From: a virus
DNA length: 64,000 nucleotides
Reading direction: 5' to 3' (one strand)
IMG/VR virus record: IMGVR_UViG_3300032287_003869
Span: 27,810-91,809 of that record
Shown here: one piece after another, positions 58,287 through 64,000 of the stretch
Position numbering within the stretch: position 1 is the stretch's first letter
Layout: each line of letters begins with the position of its first letter
Notes under the pieces: generated by a model
The model's database searches: none
What the model saw: only the letters and a program-made list of their open reading frames with translations
Told to the model about the DNA's origin: nothing
Position numbers and translations under genes: made by a program

Positions 58287-60347
58287 ATGCAACAAAAGGA
58301 TTCCACTTTCAAATATGTCCAGTTTTGGAACAATCAAGCTCTGGATACAGACCATGACATAATCATAAGTGTTGATTATGCATTGCACAATTACAATGAT
58401 ACTCCAAGTTGCGGATTTTGTATAGCATTATTTGAGAGCATCACAGACAAGCCAAGAGGCGGCGGACCAGCATATAGCCTCGCATATACCCCAAATGATA
58501 TAAAAGTAGATTGTAATATAGAAAACTCATCTGGATTGGAAGCAGCAATATATGGAATTGGTTTCGATCCAAGTGGAATATTTGCAAAAAGAACTCCTTA
58601 TGTTTCCGGAGTAGATTATACAGTATCAAATTCCATTTGCTTGAGAGATGGGATTAAAAATGATTACAAATTCCTAAAACAAACTGAAAATTTACAAAAT
58701 TTTGAGATTGCCCAGCAATTAATAAATCCAGAAGAAAAAATACAATACAAGCAAGCAAGAATTATTTTCTCCAAGTGCATGAGTTATCTCCGTGTTCAGG
58801 TTAAGAATGACGATGAGAAAGAATTTACTCAAGTACTAGAGACAGAACTCCCAATTCTTCCAAAGAAATCAATCAAAATAGGACTTTTCTATACATCAAT
58901 AGATCAGCACAGTAGATTTCTTTTAAAACAATTCAATGTTGCAGGATTTCCAGCAAGAGAAGAAACAAATTACGATACACCTTGCTTTCAGGAGATAGAA
59001 ACCAATTACGACAATCAATTTAAAAGAATAGCAGCAAATGAAAACTGGATTGCATCTAATAGAACAAATGGTTTCAATATATACAAATTTGATGGAAAAC
59101 AATTTTCATTAAAGCAAGAGATAAGAAGCACAAAAGACATTAAGATACTCAATTATAGTGATAATCTTCTTTTTGCGAAATCCAATGAGAGTTTGATAGT
59201 ATACGAGTTTAGAGGAAACAAAATGGTGAAACAAAACACCATAACACTTCCTACAACTGCCGATATTACCTCTTGTGCTGGATATGGGGATACTCTTGTT
59301 GTTGCATCATCTTCTTCTGAAAATTATTTTGTATACAATTACATAAGGGAATCTGAAGACCTTTCAAACATTGGAAAGTGGGAATATTATCAAACATTCA
59401 ATTATCCATTAAGTACTGGATTTGGAACAAACATCGAGATGTCTGATAACTATCTCGTTTCTTATTCCACCAATGATTTTGTAATTTCTTTCAAAAAAGA
59501 TCCAGACTTTGGTTATCAATACCACCAGACATTATTACCTCCATTTTCATCAGCAAAGGGATTTGGATATTCCATGTCGATCCAAAGAGACAATGAGATG
59601 ATAATTGGTGCTCCTTTTGGAGAGAAGAGATATATTACTGGATACAATCAAGGAGAGGCATTCCATTATGTATTGTCACCCTTCACTAAAGAGTGGATTC
59701 TTATATCCGACATTTCACAATACTTCAACATGGACACCCTTTCTGGGGCATTTGGATATTCTGTTAAGATAAAAGGAAATTATGCTGCTGTGGGTTGCCC
59801 ATTTGAACTCGCCTATTTGAGTGACTACCCTTGGATAGAAGTTCAGGCACAAGGAAAAGTTTATCTTTTCAAAAAAGATGAACAGGGGTATTTTACAAAT
59901 AGAACAATATATTATCCCCCAAGTTTTGAGGGAGATGTTGTTAGAAATTACGGAAGACAGGTCAATATATTTGGAAACAACTTGGCGGTATTGATGCCTT
60001 ATTTGTCTTCCGATCAAAATGATGCCATTGACATTTATAATTTGGGATGTCCAGCACTTTCTGCTCCGATGTTGAGGCCCACACCGACCCCAACGCCAAG
60101 CATAACTCCAAGTGCAACGCCAGCATCGACCCCTCCAGTAACACCATCTGTTACTCCCACATATACTCCTACACCAACTCCAACGCCCACAGTCCCAGCA
60201 CTGGAAGGAATTGTGACAATTGTGGATCAAATTTCAATTTCTGAAATAAATGGAGACTTGTTATACCCGATAGAGGATAAAGGAATAGTTACATTTCTAG
60301 AAGAACAAATTTATTCTTTCGACAATGATGGAATTTTTCCATTTTGA
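58287..60347 (+). CDS. Virion adhesin-like protein: L-type lectin-like domain, FG-GAP-like propeller and Pro/Thr tail
   Basis: GFCIALF...GIGFD..GIF; FGYSMSI..IIGAP and FGYSVKI..AVGCP repeats; [11 protein letters not shown] stalk. Confidence 0.7.
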   Translation: MQQKDSTFKYVQFWNNQALDTDHDIIISVDYALHNYNDTPSCGFCIALFESITDKPRGGGPAYSLAYTPNDIKVDCNIENSSGLEAAIYGIGFDPSGIFAKRTPYVSGVDYTVSNSICLRDGIKNDYKFLKQTENLQNFEIAQQLINPEEKIQYKQARIIFSKCMSYLRVQVKNDDEKEFTQVLETELPILPKKSIKIGLFYTSIDQHSRFLLKQFNVAGFPAREETNYDTPCFQEIETNYDNQFKRIAANENWIASNRTNGFNIYKFDGKQFSLKQEIRSTKDIKILNYSDNLLFAKSNESLIVYEFRGNKMVKQNTITLPTTADITSCAGYGDTLVVASSSSENYFVYNYIRESEDLSNIGKWEYYQTFNYPLSTGFGTNIEMSDNYLVSYSTNDFVISFKKDPDFGYQYHQTLLPPFSSAKGFGYSMSIQRDNEMIIGAPFGEKRYITGYNQGEAFHYVLSPFTKEWILISDISQYFNMDTLSGAFGYSVKIKGNYAAVGCPFELAYLSDYPWIEVQAQGKVYLFKKDEQGYFTNRTIYYPPSFEGDVVRNYGRQVNIFGNNLAVLMPYLSSDQNDAIDIYNLGCPALSAPMLRPTPTPTPSITPSATPASTPPVTPSVTPTYTPTPTPTPTVPALEGIVTIVDQISISEINGDLLYPIEDKGIVTFLEEQIYSFDNDGIFPF

Positions 60348-60383
60348 TTGAAAAAAAACATTCTTAGATATAAATAAAATTAT

Positions 60384-61643
60384 ATGGCAGTAGATTTCAC
60401 AGATTTTACAACAGGCGGGACACTTTCACCAGACAACTATCTAGTTGGATATGACGTGGATGCATCTGGTGGAGAGAAAAAATGGAAATATAGTACTCTT
60501 TTAAAAAGTGTAAGTGCGGATATTCCAGCGGTTAAAAACGTTGCAGATTCTTCCACAGTTAATTTACATTTTACTTCTTCTACAGGAACTTTGAGCGCAG
60601 ATGTTATTGATAGTTCTGTAACAAACTCCAAACTAGCTTTTGATGGAGGTTCTTTTGCTTTTAGAAATAAAATTATTAATGGCAATTTTGATATTTGGCA
60701 AAGAGGAACTACTTTGGCATCTGGAACCGGAACTCGATTTTTAGCTGATAGATTTAGAAATAATTCACTAGGCTCAACATATTCTGCATCTCAACAATTT
60801 TTTACTGTTGGTCAAACAGATGTTCCTAATAGTCCATCTTTTTTCCATAGAGTTGTAGTTTCCTCTGTTGCTGGAAATGCGAACAATGTTACATTAAGAC
60901 AAGCAATTGAAAATGTCTCAACTTTTTCTGGTGAAACTGTAACGCTTTCATTTTATGCAAAGGCTGATTCGCCTAAAAATATTGCTGTAGATTTTGCTCA
61001 AGATTTTGGAACAGGAGGAACCTCATCAAGTCCTGTTAGTGGAATTGGAACACAAAAATTAAGTCTAACTACATCTTGGCAAAAATTTACAGGTACTACG
61101 AGTATTCCGTCAATCTCAGGTAAAACTATCGGAACTGATTTAAATAGCTTTTTAAATCTTGTTTTTTGGTTTGACGCTGGTTCAGATTTTAACTCAAGAA
61201 CCAACTCTCTTGGTCAACAATCTGGAACATTTGATATTGCTCAAGTCCAATTAGAAGAAGGTTCTGTTGCAACTCCTTTTGAACAAAGACCGATTGGAAC
61301 TGAATTGGCTTTGTGTCAGAGGTATTTTATAAGCACGAGGATTGGTAGTCAAAATGGCCATTTTAATCTGACAGGAGAAGCAATAAACACATCTACTATA
61401 GTCCTTGCTGGAACTCAGTTTCCTGTTGTAATGCGAGCGACACCAACAACAAACGTGTATTCATCATCAGCAGACATAGCTGGCAGGGTTACTCTTTTCA
61501 ATGATAATTTAACTCCTATTGGTTCAGGTTTCACATTACCGGCCGCAACCCCACAAGGTATTTTTACTCGCTCTAATGGAAGCAACTCTTTGACGATTGG
61601 AGATTATTATTCGTTTAGCTATACCGCTTCTTCAGAGCTTTAA
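60384..61643 (+). CDS. Tail fibre protein with carbohydrate-binding-like C-terminal domain (cassette 3)
   Basis: [16 protein letters not shown]...[24 protein letters not shown]; TATAAATA upstream. Confidence 0.8.
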   Translation: MAVDFTDFTTGGTLSPDNYLVGYDVDASGGEKKWKYSTLLKSVSADIPAVKNVADSSTVNLHFTSSTGTLSADVIDSSVTNSKLAFDGGSFAFRNKIINGNFDIWQRGTTLASGTGTRFLADRFRNNSLGSTYSASQQFFTVGQTDVPNSPSFFHRVVVSSVAGNANNVTLRQAIENVSTFSGETVTLSFYAKADSPKNIAVDFAQDFGTGGTSSSPVSGIGTQKLSLTTSWQKFTGTTSIPSISGKTIGTDLNSFLNLVFWFDAGSDFNSRTNSLGQQSGTFDIAQVQLEEGSVATPFEQRPIGTELALCQRYFISTRIGSQNGHFNLTGEAINTSTIVLAGTQFPVVMRATPTTNVYSSSADIAGRVTLFNDNLTPIGSGFTLPAATPQGIFTRSNGSNSLTIGDYYSFSYTASSEL

Positions 61644-61648
61644 TTATT

Positions 61649-61981
61649 ATGTATAAACTAACTCAACAAAACCAAGGCGTGATTCGTTTATCTGACATCG
61701 CATTTATTCCTTTTGATCCTGCAAATACCGATTATCAAGCATATCTTACTTGGCTCAGAGAAGGAAATACTCCAGAACCTTATGTTCCTCCTGCTCCTAC
61801 TTGGGAACAGATTAGAAGTCAAAGAGATGCTCTTTTAAAAGACTCTGATTGGTCTGTTGCTTCTGATGCTACTCCAAAACCATCCAAAGAAGCATGGTTA
61901 ACCTACAGACAAACTCTCCGAGATCTTCCTCAAAGCTTCGAAGATCCCGAACAAGTAGTTTGGCCCAATAAACCAGAATAA
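61649..61981 (+). CDS. Phage tail assembly chaperone-like protein
   Basis: [14 protein letters not shown]...[10 protein letters not shown]...WPNKP. Confidence 0.8.
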   Translation: MYKLTQQNQGVIRLSDIAFIPFDPANTDYQAYLTWLREGNTPEPYVPPAPTWEQIRSQRDALLKDSDWSVASDATPKPSKEAWLTYRQTLRDLPQSFEDPEQVVWPNKPE

Positions 61982-62041
61982 TTCTTCACTTTTGAATTCC
62001 CTTTCTAAATAATTCTGTGAATTATAATGATCCGGAATTTT
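61978..62041 (+). repeat. 64-bp direct repeat, copy 2 (late promoter and start of the 62017 gene)
   Basis: 60/64 identical to 58176-58239. Confidence 0.92.
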
Positions 62042-63213
62042 TAAAAGATTTAGAAAAAACTGTAGATAAATTAGATGATTCTGTGTCCTTGGAGCAAATA
62101 CAAGGAGCATTGAATCTTCCAGAACTTTCAGAGTTTTCAAAGCTTGCAGAAGGATTATTACCAGAAAATCTGATAAAAGTAGATGAAAACGGAAAATTAG
62201 GACTCCCAAGCCTTACAGAATTGCAGGGTGCTCTTTTTTCTGGATTATCAGACATCAAAGACTATTTGGATAAAGAAATAAGTGCAGCATTCAATTCCAT
62301 AAAAGGAGAAATTCAAAATGTTATGGATGAAGCAAAGGCCGTTTATGATGATTTGAGCAACCTTTCAGAAACAATATCCAATGCAAGCTCCACTGTATCG
62401 GATATGGCAATAGATGCCCTAAACAATGCCACAGGATTGAACGTGGATGCCCAAGACCTCGGAAATATTCAAAAGACAATAACGAATTCCATAGAAAGTT
62501 TCACACAACTTTCTCCTAAAAAAGTAAAAGATTTGGCTGATCCTGAATTTTATGGAAGGGTTGTCAATGCAACACTCAATACAACACTTGACTTGGCAGG
62601 AAATGCCGCACAACTAGCCGCAATGAATGGACTAATACAAGATCAAGTTGATAGTTCTGGGTATGTTGATATGTTTAAAAGTGCAATAGAGAGGGGAAAA
62701 AACCTTATTCCTAAAAAAAATGAATCCGATGATACTGAATATAAAATTGTTGTAAAAAGAACAGTATATTGGGGCAAGGGAGAAGGGGCGACACCAGAAT
62801 CAGCTGCAAAGAAGGCAAACTCTGGGAACAAACTTGTGGATGATTACAGCCTCCTTGTGGACAATTCCAAGGTTCTTATAGGAAGTAAGGTTAAATTTTT
62901 TGATGATCAGAAAGAAAGAGAGGCTGTTGATGTTGCAACTCCATCAAAGGGTATAAGTATCTCTGGAGAATATCCAACTGTTGCCATATATTTTGATACA
63001 AAGGAAAAGGCCCAAGCATACATGAAAGCTCGACCCGATGAAAACGTTGTTGCATTTGTAACAGTCCCCACCCCAAAAGAAAAAGAAAAGAAACAAAAAT
63101 TAAAAAAAGACGCCAAGGAAATAAAAACAGAAATAAGTAAGGAAGAGGCTCAAAAAAGAATAGCTGAATTGGATGTAAAAATAGCAGATCTGGAGAAAAA
63201 ATTGGCTTCTTAA
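62017..63213 (+). CDS. Baseplate-region protein with a degenerate 3D-domain-like C-terminus
   Basis: RTVYWG...SLLVDNSKVLIGSKV...EAVDVA...PTVAIYF; adjacent to the gp5-like gene. Confidence 0.55.
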   Translation: MNYNDPEFLKDLEKTVDKLDDSVSLEQIQGALNLPELSEFSKLAEGLLPENLIKVDENGKLGLPSLTELQGALFSGLSDIKDYLDKEISAAFNSIKGEIQNVMDEAKAVYDDLSNLSETISNASSTVSDMAIDALNNATGLNVDAQDLGNIQKTITNSIESFTQLSPKKVKDLADPEFYGRVVNATLNTTLDLAGNAAQLAAMNGLIQDQVDSSGYVDMFKSAIERGKNLIPKKNESDDTEYKIVVKRTVYWGKGEGATPESAAKKANSGNKLVDDYSLLVDNSKVLIGSKVKFFDDQKEREAVDVATPSKGISISGEYPTVAIYFDTKEKAQAYMKARPDENVVAFVTVPTPKEKEKKQKLKKDAKEIKTEISKEEAQKRIAELDVKIADLEKKLAS

Positions 63214-63221
63214 AAATAATT

Positions 63222-64000
63222 ATGAAAAATTTACAAGGATTTTATAGAGGAATAATTGTTCAAAACAATGACCCGCAAAAGTTGGGAAGAGTTAAAGTCT
63301 TCATTCCACACATTCATATGGCAATGTTGGATATAGAAAAAGACGACTATGATAAAGAATTTTATTTTGGAGAATTCGGAACAAATTATCAAAAAAAGGA
63401 CAATAATCTCGTAGATCTCACAAAATACGTAGAGAAATCCAAACTAAAACTCCCTTGGGCAGAAGTTTCTCTTCCAATTACAGGAGGAGGATATAGTTCA
63501 TTTAACTCTGGATCTAACAGGGCGACAATATCTGACAGTCCAAATTTTGCAAATCAAATAGCAGACGAAGACGGCTCAACTGGTGCTCCAGATGGTGCAG
63601 AGGTCAAGGCAAATCCACCAACCGATAGATTCTCTTCCTCTTCAGACAACCCAAACCCAATGGGTAGTGCATATACGACTCAATCTTTTTACAATGCACC
63701 GAAGGGGATGTTTGGAGTTCCTCAAGTTAATACAAAGGTTTGGCTGTTTTTCTTGGATGCAAACCCAAATACTCCAGTAGTTTTTGGATACAGCCCGTCA
63801 GCATCCACATACAATCAAATATACGACGATACGAACTATCCAAGCGGATATGAGAACAACGATCCGACTAAAGAAGCCAATCCTGAAAATGTAAAGAGAA
63901 GAAACATGATGGCTATCAACCAAAAAGGTGGAAGTATCAGTTTCAATGGAACAGACAATGAGGAATCACTGAGCATTGCACATGATGGTGGCTCTTATAC
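63222..64000 (+). CDS. gp5-like baseplate hub/spike protein (partial, runs off window end)
   Basis: Manual translation MKNLQGFYRGIIVQNNDPQKLGRVKVFIPHIH...GMFGVPQVNTKVWLFFLDANPNTPVVFG = gp5/VgrG OB-fold. Confidence 0.85.
   Translation, partial: MKNLQGFYRGIIVQNNDPQKLGRVKVFIPHIHMAMLDIEKDDYDKEFYFGEFGTNYQKKDNNLVDLTKYVEKSKLKLPWAEVSLPITGGGYSSFNSGSNRATISDSPNFANQIADEDGSTGAPDGAEVKANPPTDRFSSSSDNPNPMGSAYTTQSFYNAPKGMFGVPQVNTKVWLFFLDANPNTPVVFGYSPSASTYNQIYDDTNYPSGYENNDPTKEANPENVKRRNMMAINQKGGSISFNGTDNEESLSIAHDGGSY

Noticed and set aside
56015-62041. Diversity-generating retroelement or invertase shufflon acting on the tail fibres
   Set aside because: There is no reverse transcriptase or site-specific recombinase in the window. 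The repeats are direct, not inverted, and lie in chaperones and intergenic DNA rather than at fibre tips.
1-64000. Stop-codon reassignment, tRNA genes, or further introns/inteins in gp41, gp43, nrdA and nrdB
   Set aside because: Core genes are full length in the standard code with dense packing. I recognised no cloverleaf or extra splicing motif by eye; a tRNAscan/Infernal run would be needed to exclude RNA genes fully.

Overview
This window is a 64-kb segment of a large, AT-rich, T4-like (myovirus-type) bacteriophage genome in the standard genetic code. I found no rRNA, tRNA or CRISPR array. Positions 1-18.7 kb hold the minus-strand replication/recombination module: uvsY, uvsW, gp55 late sigma, gp47, gp46, a glycosyltransferase, gp43, uvsX, a thermonuclease, thyX, an AAA ATPase, gp41 and a DHH phosphoesterase. 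uvsX is fractured into two genes by a naturally split intein, with a free-standing Vsr-like endonuclease gene between the halves. Positions 18.8-29 kb hold small late genes whose products share an N-terminal motif ending in (I/L)xE, probably head-packaged cargo. They include an ADP-ribosyltransferase-like protein, an aspartic protease-like protein and cell-wall-hydrolase-like proteins. Two glycan-biosynthesis clusters (29.7-36 kb and 48.3-54.5 kb) encode about 12 glycosyltransferases, several from families best known in eukaryotes (GT60, GT47, GT77, GT10, GT23), plus FkbM methyltransferases. The second cluster abuts a Pro/Thr mucin-like lectin-fold virion protein. The window also carries a lysis cassette, nrdA/nrdB with a downstream HNH-like gene, and duplicated tail-fibre/chaperone cassettes marked by a 64-bp direct repeat. 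It ends in a gp5-like baseplate gene. Late (TAAATA) and early (TTGAnn-N16-TAnnnn) promoters often sit 5-6 nt before the start codon, implying widespread leaderless mRNAs. All family assignments come from motif recognition by eye; no database search was run.
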